Shown here piece after piece: positions 43,128-55,086 of a stretch of DNA of 64,000 bases. Origin of the DNA: Lingula anatina (taxonomy: Eukaryota > Animalia > Brachiopoda); the NCBI GenBank assembly GCA_051362555.1, contig CM120640.1:8122001-8186000 (forward strand), written 5' to 3'. The notes under the pieces are model-generated. The model worked only from the letters and a program-made list of their open reading frames with translations, made no database searches and was not told the origin of the DNA. The position numbers were made by a program, and so were the translations under genes. How positions within the stretch are numbered: the first letter of the stretch is position 1; the number at the start of each line of letters is the position of its first letter.

Positions 43128-46100
43128 GGGATTTGTTTCTTATGCCCCCTTTCGCACGATCTGAACGAGACATTAGTTCAAATGCAGTAGGTGCGCTCTA
43201 TGTATTTTCATATTTTCTCCTCAATTGCAATGCGTAATGGGAGCCTCAATTTTATTTTCCACGCTAAAACCAGACAGCAAAATAAGAGTGCAATATGGGA
43301 AATGCATATCTAAATTCTATTGACATCTTCACCGTGATTATCAAAACATACCATCTTGATCACTTTTACCACTTATGCCCTGCCGCTGAACTGCTAAAAC
43401 AATTAACATGGGATTTATTGGGTAATTTATAGAGAGTGGGCCCTTAATGTAATCGTTTATTTTTGTAACCCCGAATAATAGGGGCATGCCAAATAGAGAA
43501 CTCACTTAGTAGGTGAATGGCGTCCCCTGCCATAATCTTGTTAACTGTATAAAAGAACACTCTATGAGAATAAATCATCTATCAATACAATGACCCATTT
43601 CTGCCTGTACTGGTCAATAAACTTAAGTTAATTATCGAACATAAGGCATTTATACCAGACAGATAAAATGGAATTTATTGGACAATAATTTTGGTCACTA
43701 AAGGAAACTAGTTTTTCTTATGTACTTTTCACTTTAAATTCATCTAATCTGATTTCATTGGCACTTTTGTTCATACCTTGAAATAGCCGCTGCTGTTTCC
43801 TTTATTTCCCTGTATTCGTTTTCTTTCTCCTTCTATACATACTCACAATTCTGCAGAATATTGTACTTTTTTTCAAAAAATGCTTATATGTTTAAGAATA
43901 TTTATTAATAACCTCTCTCTCTCTCTCTCATTCTCTTAAAACTCATTAAATTCGGCAGCATAAGCATTTTCTTTCAGACCCCGCTTATGAAGTTTTACGT
44001 GTGAAGTTAAGTGTTAATTGTCTTTACCTGTATGTTCTTATATGCGTGTAAAGTGCAGTAATGGATAAGCTAACGCTTTTTAAAGGAGGTGTGTTACTTC
44101 TGTAAGTTTGATGTCACTTGACGGTTAGCTGTTGCGAAAATCTAAACATTGCTAAGACAACGCGGAAAAAGTGCCACCTCTAACACGAAGCAGTTCGTAG
44201 TATTGTAAACACTGCGCCACTCTCAATTCAATCCACATGATGGAGGACGAGCAAGTTTATAAAACAAAGCAGTAAAAAAGTAACTTTCCCATGCCCACCT
44301 TTAAAAGACAGGAAATGAGTGTATAACTGACAGCATCAACAACAGACCGGGCTTCTGTAAATCAGTATTGCGCTTAACGTGATTACACTTCTTGGATGTC
44401 ATCTGAACAGTTAATTCAGGACGCGGTGATGTTGTGTGCATGTTGGATTTCTTTACAAAGTGCATTTTATTATATACATATTCCGTTTTCTATATTGATG
44501 ATGTCTGTGTCTCATGTGCGTTCAGCTGTGTCTTCGTCTTAAACGTATGCTTACCTTTCAAACAAGTTCATGCCGTTTAAATATTTGGTTTTTACGTATT
44601 TATTTCCTTTTTCCATTTGGCTGTTGAAATGTGTTTCAGAATATTAATGCACGGATATTTCCATATTTTAGATAGTTCGTAAAACAGAATGCTTTTCTGT
44701 ATCATTATATTTTTCACTCAAAATCGCAGCTAAGAATACTAAAGCTCCAGTTGCTGCTTTATCTAAAATCTATGCTTTTCTTAAACAAGAATTACGGAAT
44801 AGGGCAGACATACAATTTCCTTTGTTAGAATTCATATCGGCTTATTCAAGCCACTTATTCGCGCCGTGTCATTTCACAAATCTGTTCTTTTGCCCAATTA
44901 ATAACTTCCTATGTTCCCCTGATAAACGTCCAAATAATCACAGCAGTCCTGATTGACATGCCGCAAGATTTGAGACACGGCACGAAACAGAGATTTGTCA
45001 GCTCGGCCTTTCCCAGCGTCCTAATTATTAATTAATACCTTCTCGTTAATTTGACATTTTAATCCAGCGTGCCGCTGAATGCCCAGATGTGAGCTTTTGG
45101 GCAGTGAGATCGAGGATCAGCCCAGGGATAATCAATAATGCAGGGATTAAATGGAGATAGGTGAGGAAAGCGGCAATTGATGATCGATTTGTGGCTGCAA
45201 CACACCATAATATCGCGGGAAAACTGAATAAATTGTCAAATAATTGTATACTGTGGGGTTAATAATTGGCTTTCTTTGAAGGTGTTTGTTGTTTAAACTG
45301 GCAACACTGATTTGTTCAAATGGAGTTACTCCGGTACATTTGTTAGTTACGAATAAAAACGTTTTTCTTATATTCTAATCTCATTCTTATTTCTATTACT
45401 TATTTGAGCTCAGTTATGCTTGAATCTTGTTAAGATCTGCCAAAAATATTTTGTCTTACATCATTGCCAATATATCTAGTATAAATTTTCTTAATTGTTA
45501 GTTCTGAGAATGTTAACATAGTAACGTTTTCAAGACAGAGATACATGTATAAAAAAGTCCGAGATGTATTTGTCACAAAAAACATATATTTTCAATGTAC
45601 GTGCAAAATGGCCTCTGTATGGATTGAGATGACAAGTACAGTAATAGCCACTATTTATCAAATTGTTGATATATTTTTCGAGCCTGCTCTGAGCCCTAAG
45701 TAACGGGTTCCAATTGTTTTATAAATATACACAGAACATAGAATACAGATGTACAAATACAAGTATGGCAGCGTGACGCAACACTTAATGTGATTCCGAA
45801 AAAACAGATCCTTGTTCAGTACATCGAGAAATCATAAACAACGAAAAAAAAACATAAAAAAAACATCGACAACCAAAAGCGCAATGTGTAAATGTGTACG
45901 ATTAGAGTGATTTCTGTTTTTAACAGCAAATAAATACTTTTTGCAGACTTTTTGACAATAATAATAGTGTCTAAGATGTTTAATGCTTTTCTAGGTATAG
46001 TTCCCATAAACTAAATAATGCTTTCATAGAAAAATGCCCAGCATATTTTAGAAGTGTCCTACTTCCCTCCATATATTAGTCGTTAGATTGCTAGACAAAA

Positions 46101-46349
46101 CGAATATTTGTATATCTCCAGGTACGATTAACTCCAAGTAAAACCTAATTTTTTTGTCATTTAAAAACTGCTGTTATCCTTTCCTTGTCGTCGTTTTCGA
46201 CAAAAATGCTAAAACAGGTTAATCCTTGTATTTATCATATCCTGATCCCGAAGATTTAACGGTTTTCTTGGAATAATTTTTGACTCTCCGTTTAAGCGAT
46301 GGCCGATTCTTTCATTGTGGATAAACTGTCTGCTGGCTGATGGTCAAAA

Positions 46350-46553
46350 TCAGAAGCGATAGAAACTGAGTCCCGGAATGGGAAAAGATGGAAAGAGGAG
46401 AGGTCTCGGTATTTCACTGGGATCGTATAGTCTTTGATCATCTTTAATAAGCACCCTGACGGCAACTTTTTTAGCCTGCATGGGCAGTGAGTGGTCCTGT
46501 AGTAGATGGCGACGCTTGGTCTTGTAACGGCGGTTTTGAAACCAAATTTTCAC
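46350..46553 (-). CDS. NK3: NK3 (bagpipe / Nkx3-2) coding exon 3: homeodomain helix 3 and NK2-SD-like motif
   Basis: Acceptor ttattacag| at 46554, phase 0. [15 protein letters not shown] (Tyr54), then KKVAVRVLIKDDQRLY, an NK3-type SD. Stop TGA at 46352-46350. Confidence 0.95.
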   Translation of the reverse strand: MKIWFQNRRYKTKRRHLLQDHSLPMQAKKVAVRVLIKDDQRLYDPSEIPRPLLFPSFPIPGLSFYRF

Positions 46554-46776
46554 CTGTAATAAGAACACGTTTATTATTATTTAAGGGATTTTATTGCTAC
46601 ACGAACCTCGTAAAAGTAATTATGAGACAGAATTGTGAGAAGGAAAATATCTTAAAAATTGCCATTATGTATTGTCAAGAAAACGGGGAGATCACGCTCT
46701 TTGAACATTCAGTCAAAACAGTCGATTAAAATACGACAAAATTGTCACTATATGTTCCGGCTCGAACTATACTTAC

Positions 46777-46970
46777 CTGTGTTTCTGTGAGTTTTAATGC
46801 TGCCGCCAAGTCTGCTCGCTCAGGGCCGGACAGGTAGCGTTGGTGACTGAACCGTCTCTCCAGTTCGAACACCTGAGCATGAGAGAACGCAGCTCTGGAG
46901 CGCTTCTTACGGGGTTTATTTTTGCCCTGGGGAGGACTTTCTGGTACGCAAGATGACGCAATGTGGCTTT
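46777..46970 (-). CDS. NK3: NK3 coding exon 2: homeodomain residues 1-44 (absent from the supplied ORF track)
   Basis: Acceptor ttaatttcag| at 46971. Translates [64 protein letters not shown], diagnostic for NK3. Donor CAG|GTAAGT at 46777/46776. Confidence 0.96.
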
Positions 46971-47218
46971 CTGAAATTAAAAAAAATTATTAGCACTGCT
47001 TGACATTTATAGAAAGGTTAAGCGTCACGTAATTTTAACCGTAGCCTAAGTGCTGTAGTCAAATATATCATGTTCAGTAAATAAAGACATATTTTGAGAA
47101 GAAAAATATTAAATATATGTTAAATTTGAATGTTCATAGAGCTAATAAACTTTTTTTATTATGAGAGGAGTTGAGAGACTGATTTGATGGCAGGTCCAAC
47201 AAACGAACTTTGCAGCAT

Positions 47219-47462
47219 CATAGGCTTAGGAGCCGGGTGTGCTGGGGTAGGGGGGGTGGGGGAGTAAGGGGACCTGTCCACTTTTTTAAGTTAGTTGAAT
47301 ACTTGAATACGTCATTAGAATATGACGAAGAGGCTGAGACCCTAGCCAACAGATGCCAAAGTTCTATAACATACACCTTGCTAAATGTTTTCCCTCTCTA
47401 AATGAAATGTAAAAGGTTAGCACCCACTCCGCATGAAATATTCTTGCTTTCTACGCACCAGT
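47219..47462. mobile_element. Possible decayed hAT-like MITE in NK3 intron 1
   Basis: Left end CATAGGCTTAGGAGC followed by a G-run; right end GCTTTCTACGCACCAG is only partly complementary to it. No clear target-site duplication. Confidence 0.3.
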
Positions 47463-50400
47463 AGTATTCAATATAGTGTAAGAAGTATATTTTAGATTTG
47501 TTAATATGGGGTATTCAAGTTCTCAAAGGAAACATGGTGATACAGACCAAATTTTGTTAAGTCTTTTATCTTATTAGCGGCGAATCACCAGTCCAAGCCC
47601 TAATTCAACTTCAACTACACTTCGACATACACGCAAAATATTTCGTATCTTTGAAGTTCGTAACTCAACATTCTGTGAAGATTATAAAAATTGAAGAGTT
47701 GCCACCCGATAGGTCTACATTTGATTCAAAATAGGTGAAACAATTTAACAGCTAGAAGAGAAATGAGCTCATGAATTATTTTTGCAATATCGTGGGTTTG
47801 CACTTTCAGAACTGCATGTCTGTCATTGCAGATTTATCGGAAACCTTGCCATTTTACCTATGTAAAAACCAACCATAACATTATGGGACTTATTTTGGGT
47901 AGCGTTGGTGTAAATTACAAACGCCGGTAAAAAGACCATTAAACTAGGCCCAACTCCAAAATGGATATTTTTATCTTAATTTACTTTTAAACATGTGAAT
48001 TGAATAAACCACTGAAATAATGTAATGCTGGCATATAGCTGCATCTGACTCACAGCCTGGAGAAAAATCTGTGGCTAACATAAACTGTTTGACAAGAGTA
48101 CCTCCACCAAATGTCAGATTTTTTCTCACACTCCTTGTGTTGAATATTTCATTAAACAACCACAACTCCTTTCTTTGACAATCCCCAGACCTTCCGTTAA
48201 TTGGTTTCCCCCGCCCAAAAATTATATATGATTTTGTTTTTGTGATCCCTGCCTCTCAAGTTGTAAATTTTAGAAGTTGTCATCTATTTAAGTTACATCC
48301 ATCCCGCACGACTTCATTCAATCCCTATACGGACTTTTTTCATGCAAATGTTTCACACTTTTTAATTTGTCAGTAATTGCCATGCCACGAATTTATAAAA
48401 GATGATAGTTTATTTGATTTTAATTTCCATCGTAAAAACCAACATGTGGCATCTATGGCAACGGGATGTGTGGCATCGGAATCCGGCCTCCCTCAGTGGA
48501 AGAGCACTCATGTGCAGACGTTCTAAATTGTCAAGAAACAATACGAAAATAACGGAAGGAATTTACGACATTGTTCTCTCTGAGGCTGGAGTTCAGTAGC
48601 CACCTGCTATGTTGTGACGGTTTATGTAAATAGGCAGGTGTGCAGTGACACATTCGGGAAAATAATATCTAAAGACTGCAGACACTTTGTTCAAAGTCAA
48701 CGTGACTGTTTAATTTGGTGTTTGAAATATGTGTTTCGCCCCTGGATGAAATGTTTTTATTCTCCAACTTAATTTTGCTAGATTTAAAAATCGGTCAAAA
48801 TCCCAAGCATACTTAAACAACCCTAAAAAACGTATAAGAGTAAATGTGAATAGGTTTTAAAATTGTTTTTTCATTACAGTTTTGTAACTTGAAGCACATA
48901 TTTGCAAAATAAGGTCGCCATTCGAATCATTCCGCAGAACCAGAAAAAAATATCACAAAGTGATTTTTAATTAAAAACACTTTATCAAGAACTTCAAAGA
49001 TATATGATTAATCTGTACTATCACACAGAGTTGCCGGGGTTTTTATAAACAGGGTCTTTCCTAGAAGGCGCATAGTAGTGCCGTAGAACAGAGTTGTTTT
49101 GATGTACTTACAATTATGGAAGAAAAAGGTGTTAATGTCATTACGTGGTTGTCATACCTCTTAACAAGCCATAAATTTGCTTAAGTGCTCTGTCAAATGG
49201 AGACAATGATAGTTTTACATCGGTTGCACACTGGTTCCTAGTTTAAAGCTTATCATACATAATAATTGATGTGTAAAATTAAGGGGCAGGGGTTAAGACA
49301 TATTTTTGAATGGTGATCCCTTTCACACATTTAAGTAACATTTGTCTACATGATTTACGACGAAATAGAGGAAAGTGCTCTCGAGCCACTAACACCTTGT
49401 GTGTAGAAATCTCTCCGCAGTATATGCAAATGATTCACATTTCACTCGTGTTTCTAAGTAGGCGCTCATTAAACTCTGCCTCACCTATATATTTTCTCGT
49501 TCTTATGAAGTTACCCACGTCTTTGCCATTTCCTCTTTTAATATGCACAATTAACATCTGACCGTACAAAACACGCTGTGGCATTAGCCCATATGTATTC
49601 ATAATACTGTATGCATCTTGACTAATTTAAACCTATATATTAAAACTATTATTTCCATGTTATTTTAAAACTGTGATATATTAATGAACGGGGTAAAAAC
49701 AGGTGGAAACACTTGCGCACGCTAAAAAAAAATTAAATTTCATTTCATATAAAAATGAAAAAAAAAGATTCTTCAAAACCCCACTACCCTTTTGCAAATC
49801 AACGGAGTTCTCTGTTCATTATCTCAGTAAGAAGATTTGATAGTAGAAACTGCATACCACGCTACAAAACTGTTTTTTTTTCCTCGATAAGGAGGGACCA
49901 AAAAATCAATGAAAGAAGAAAATCTAAATAACATTTATGATAAATATGCAATTAAACCAATTAATTTTCAAATTAACATTGGCAAGCTTTCTGTGGCTTG
50001 ATTGTCCAGGATTTTATATAAATTCATACTATGTTGGGGAAGCCTTTTAGCAGGAATTCCGGTGCAAAATATAGTTATAAGTCCAGCAAATGAAAAGGAC
50101 AAGTATGCATATAAATCTCAATTTATAAGTAGGGTATATACTCAATAAGTAATATTGTGTTATTGTAAAAGATGGCATATGAACAGAATTGCCTTTTTCT
50201 TTCACCGGTTTATTTTAACTCATAGGGCAAAATATGCACACGTGTATCACTATAATAATAAAATAATTAAATGGGAATGACATTTTGACATATTGCTGGA
50301 TATTACTGATTTTTAACATTTTAGAAATTGGTGTTCTCTGCCAATATTTTGCGATAGTTAAGACATCTTATGCATGTAGAATTATAATTTACGCTGCTAA

Positions 50401-50793
50401 TTAATAGTGCACTATAACTGGTTGCATTTGTTTAATTAGACACAAAAGTTGTCTTACAAAAATTCTGCTTATTTTGTTTATACTATCAAGATATTTTGAA
50501 TACTTTAAAAACTTTTAAAATTTTGTTATCTTACATTATTTGTCTAATACGTTTGACAGCAATATGACGATCAATTACAAATTTGCAGAAGTCATATTTT
50601 GCTGTGATGCCATTGAATTGACAAGACATTTTAAAAAAGACCACAACGGGTTTTTTACACAATTGACACCATTACAAATATCAAGAAAGATTTTTACCAT
50701 CAAAATATGCACAAGCACTTTCATTATAAAATTTCAACTGTGCCTGTTTATTGCTGATATTATGAAATCCCCATTTCACTGTATGTTACCTAC

Positions 50794-51364
50794 CCGTTAA
50801 AGAAGTCATCTCTATGTCATCAGACACCATTTGACACTCTTCACTTTCTGAATATAACTGTGAATCTTCCTCAGAATCGACAACCTCAATTTCCTTTTCG
50901 TGTTCATTTTCCTCGAAATATTCTTTTCTATTAATAGAATCAGCCAATGGATCTGAATCCATCGTCTCCATCTTGTTTTCGGACGAGGTATTATCTGCAG
51001 ATGAATTTCTGCAGTCATCTAGGCCCCTGTTTGAGTCCGCGTGACATCCTAGGTCTATTTTCACCTTTTCTGAATTTTCGATTGGCTTATCTTCGACCTT
51101 TAAACGTTCAGAGAGTTGAATGTGACTTGATTCTGCTGGAGGTTCTTCTCGGCTAGAATATTCTTTCTGGGGGTAACGTGTCAGACACTCCATCAGATCC
51201 GTGCATTTTTGGTCTACGCTTGCAGTTATTAACTTAATGTTACCGCTTGCTACTGTTTTCATTCTGTTCGTAAGTATTGCATCGATGGAAAAAGGGGTAC
51301 TGGCGGTTGTTCTCTCCGTCTTGTTCATAATACATCGCCGGGAGTTCTCCTCCGTATCCGTCAT
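50794..51364 (-). CDS. NK3: NK3 coding exon 1 with TN/eh1 motif
   Basis: First in-frame ATG at 51364 (alternative at 51328). STPFSIDAIL motif and an acidic region. Donor G|GTAGGT at 50794/50793, phase 1, matches exon 2. Joined CDS is 969 nt (322 aa). Confidence 0.88.
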
Positions 51365-51660
51365 TATAACTCCCCCAATCCACCAAGTCCAAACTTTATT
51401 ATTCCTCAGACGTGACGGCCACGGCAAGACAGTCTTTGGATTCAACTCGCTGACATGGAATCGGCTTTGGCACTATAAACGCCAATATTAACCAAACAGA
51501 GCGAGTCCAGGTAATAAAATCTTGTTGCCACCTATTTTTCTTCACTCTCTTACGTAAATCATACGCCAGCAGTGTATAATATTAAGGAACGGTGAGCATG
51601 TACCCCAAGACTCTTCCCTCGTACACTTTTCTAGTTAAAGACGAGGAGGCCTGCCCCTTC

Positions 51661-51773
51661 TATTTATATACTCTTCAGTTCAGCACCTTTGCTACTAAAC
51701 AATTCATCAGTCAGGGGCAATATTTCAATTCCGTCTTCATCACGTTGGCTTGACAGCTTCATAGTCGGATTGG
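51661..51773 (-). promoter_or_regulatory. Candidate NK3 core promoter: TATA box plus CCAAT
   Basis: TATATAAATA on - strand at 51670-51661, about 300 nt upstream of the ATG. CCAAT on - strand at 51773-51769, about 100 nt further upstream. Confidence 0.5.
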
Positions 51774-53150
51774 CAGATCCACAGGCTCCCATGAATCAAC
51801 AGCGGTCGCGGACACGTGATCGGCCCCCGAACTACTGGAAATCCATTTAACCAACGAGCAAAACAATCAATTCATACTTAAGCTTCATTTTGGGGCTTCC
51901 CAGGCATTTGACACTATTTGTTGGCATAAGGCGGATATGCGACTTATTGGTTTTCCGATCGTCTAATTAGAGCGATTAGCCCTTTGATTAATTTACCTGT
52001 AATTAATTGCTGTATTTTCATTGGTCAAGCGGATCCGAGAGGAATTATCTCCGACAGTTTGATAGCAATTACATCCACTACCGGTAAAGCACCCCTTGCC
52101 CACGAGGAGGACGCGGTGTTTATTTGCGCTAAACACAGAACTCGTTCTCCGTTACCACTTTCTTGAGGATGTGAAACATACACATCAGCCCCTACTCATA
52201 ACATACTCATTGTCTATTTACAAACTTGATAAACGAAAGCAGTTTCTTAAAAGCCCCCAATAGGAGTTCTTGTCGGTCTCTCTAAATGGCCTGCTTGGGT
52301 GGTCGACGATATTTAGTAATCGAGGATCATTAAAAGAAAAAATATAATAGTTTTTTATTTGACTTGAGCAAAGATTTCTACTTGGGATTATCTGATTTAT
52401 AGCATTGATTGATTTACCTAGACCGTGACTAAATACTTATCCCAACTTGATCTGGGAATGCCTATGAGCGTGAGAAACAAGTTAATAGGCGTGCAAATCT
52501 TAATCCTTATTACTGGAAACACATCCTATTAGGCATGAAGGCGTTTCTGTTATTTCATAATAAAGGCTATATTTTTAAGGTATTTCTTTGAAAATGTTGA
52601 TATATTTTATCCCTACCCTTTTCTGTAGTTTATAAAACTCTTAGTTAAATTTTGATTGACAGGAGATCAGACAATTAATATTTTCGTAAGTCGAAAATCA
52701 ATAGAATTATGTTTTGTTGGCTACTCTTGGGAAAATGATTTGAAGGATATCACAATCCTGTTACTCTGATTGACGAAGCTTCTATATTATTTTTACTTAA
52801 GCGTGTAGTCTTTGTTCATTGCAAGAAAAGTATTCGATATTAATGAAAATAAAAAATCGTGCCCTAAGTGGTGCTTGTCAACAAATGAAAGTCATAATCA
52901 TCTATGGAAACACTCCTTTGTTTAAATGTTAATAAATTGTGGTGTCCTTTAAAGGGGAAATTTAGTTAAATTTATTTGCATTTTGTACTGCTTGAAAGAT
53001 CACTTGGATTATTGCATCACTTAAATTCTTTCGTTGATATTCAAGCAAAATTTGTTATCAAGTTATATTGACTCCAATATTAAATATATTTCATAGTGAT
53101 TTCACGTGTGATTCATAATTCTGTATGTTTGTGACATGGAAAAAAATCCT

Positions 53151-53153
<3 letters not shown>

Positions 53154-53210
<57 letters not shown>
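53154..53210. repeat. (CT)n/(GA)n microsatellite between NK3 and Lbx
   Basis: About 28 units, read directly. Confidence 0.95.
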
Positions 53211-53212
<2 letters not shown>

Positions 53213-54733
53213 CCCGCTGTCAGACAGGAGAGCAGAAGAAAAGCACCTGTCTAAAAGTATGTTATGTGTGCCCGCATACGCATTAAACTCTGGAGGTGTA
53301 CATACTGAAAACAAACACTGACTTCCACTTAGCAGCGAACACAGCGGTGAACAGGCCAGCAGCTTCTCTATCGCCTATCAATCAAACCCTGACACTGCCA
53401 ACAGCACTCATGGGTGAAAATAGAATTAAATACTGTGAATTAACATATTCAAATTTTAGTTCCTTATCTTTCACTCATATCCTATGTAAGTTGATTCACT
53501 GACAATCTATAGTGACATTATTGTAAAGCACTAAGACTTACCGTTTGAATTTAGCGTCATTCTTAGTTGGTGAAATGTATATTTATTATTTTCTTTAATT
53601 CTCCTTCAGCTATTTGTCGCCCTATTTATCTTTGGCGATTATATTATAGACCGTTTTATGAAGTTGTTGAACCATGGCGTTTTTACACTGTTCAGTTACA
53701 GTTTGGGTCGTCGTATTTCACTATGTTTAAGAAGAAACGAGGTTAATTCAAATACATTTTATGTCTGCAATTTAATTTTGGATACAGACGAAATTGTTGT
53801 AAATGGCTGAAAGCAAATCAGGTTTTTGATGATAAGATGGGATAGGCAGTGTTTTGATAAAATAAAATTATATATATAAGAGTTTTTTTTTCAGAAAATG
53901 AATAATCACACATATTTACGATTTAGAAATCCCTTTTCAAGAAAAAAATATTATTGGGTAACTGTCGGCTATCCCAGTTGGTATTATTACACAAATTAGT
54001 CACAGTGCTCACTTTGAACGGTGCTAGAATATTTCATCTGCGTTTTTTGTAACTTGATGTTCTCGATTCAGCTTATTCATATTCAAAGATTGACACCTGT
54101 TTCAACCGTGCATCATTTTTAAATATTAACAGTAATTCTTTAGACTTGTCAGCAGCTCAAAAAACATTTTCTTTCATATTCTGTCATTAACACTATCCAT
54201 TACGGTGCTTGTAGACACACCCTTTATTATACCACATTACAATTCATATATGATAAACGCTGTCATTGTAGGTGGTTTAAAACTCCAAGCCCTTTCTAAA
54301 ACTGACTTTTCCCCATCGGTGTCCATGATTTAGGATATTCCCTTGCCTTAAGACGGGATGTCAACTTTTCTGAAATTTATATCCCCTCGGTGCTTCTTTC
54401 TTTATTGGTACGTTCAAGTCCTTTCTTATTTCTCTATGTTTCCCATGCCTTGGTTAGAGACTGCCGTCTGATAGGTTTTGAGACTTAGTAATTGGTCGTG
54501 ATAAGTGGTGGGGATCTTCTGGGCCTATTGGAAATGTGAATTTTATGTTAGCAGTAAAAATTAATAGCAGTGTTTTGGAGTTTATATCATTTTTCCTATC
54601 GAGAGTCACAAAAAGTACACCACAAGTTCAAAGAGTTCAACTCTCTACCTCGTACAATACTATCTAAACAAAATAAGTTGATTTCAGAAATGATTCCTTG
54701 TGTTCAACACCAGTAAATTCAGTGCCACTCTTG

Positions 54734-54797
54734 CATTGCGGTAGCTGTGATAAAATAAATTCGGTCTCATCCATACATTGCGGTAGCCGTGATAAAA
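54734..54797. repeat. 22-bp direct repeat, 2 copies, period 42
   Basis: cattgcggtagctgtgataaaa (54734) and cattgcggtagccgtgataaaa (54776), one mismatch. Confidence 0.85.
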
Positions 54798-55055
54798 AAT
54801 GTTAGCTGCCCTTACACTGGTTAACTATCAGCAAGAATGTATGCTATCAGTGGCAGCACAGGGAACCTCTACAACATTTGTTCAGTCCATGTCCTAAATT
54901 TAAAAACATTATTCGATAGTGGCTATGTAAAGTCTTACTGCAATAAAAGGGTGTTTCTCATACATCTACAAATGTTGCAAGTGATCCTGTGAAATAATGA
55001 CTAAGTGCTTCAATAACTGTTGAATAAAGATTTCGATGACAGATTGTTTGGGTTT

Positions 55056-55086
<31 letters not shown>

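Noticed and set aside
19460-48612. Partial CTCF-like matches (about 19465, 44172, 48598)
   Set aside because: Each misses key 5' CC positions; too weak without a PWM scan or ChIP data.
50812-51491. ORFs overlapping NK3 exon 1 in other frames or strand
   Set aside because: Shadows of the real exon.
53102-53321. ORFs with RE and LS dipeptide repeats
   Set aside because: Translations of the (CT)n microsatellite.
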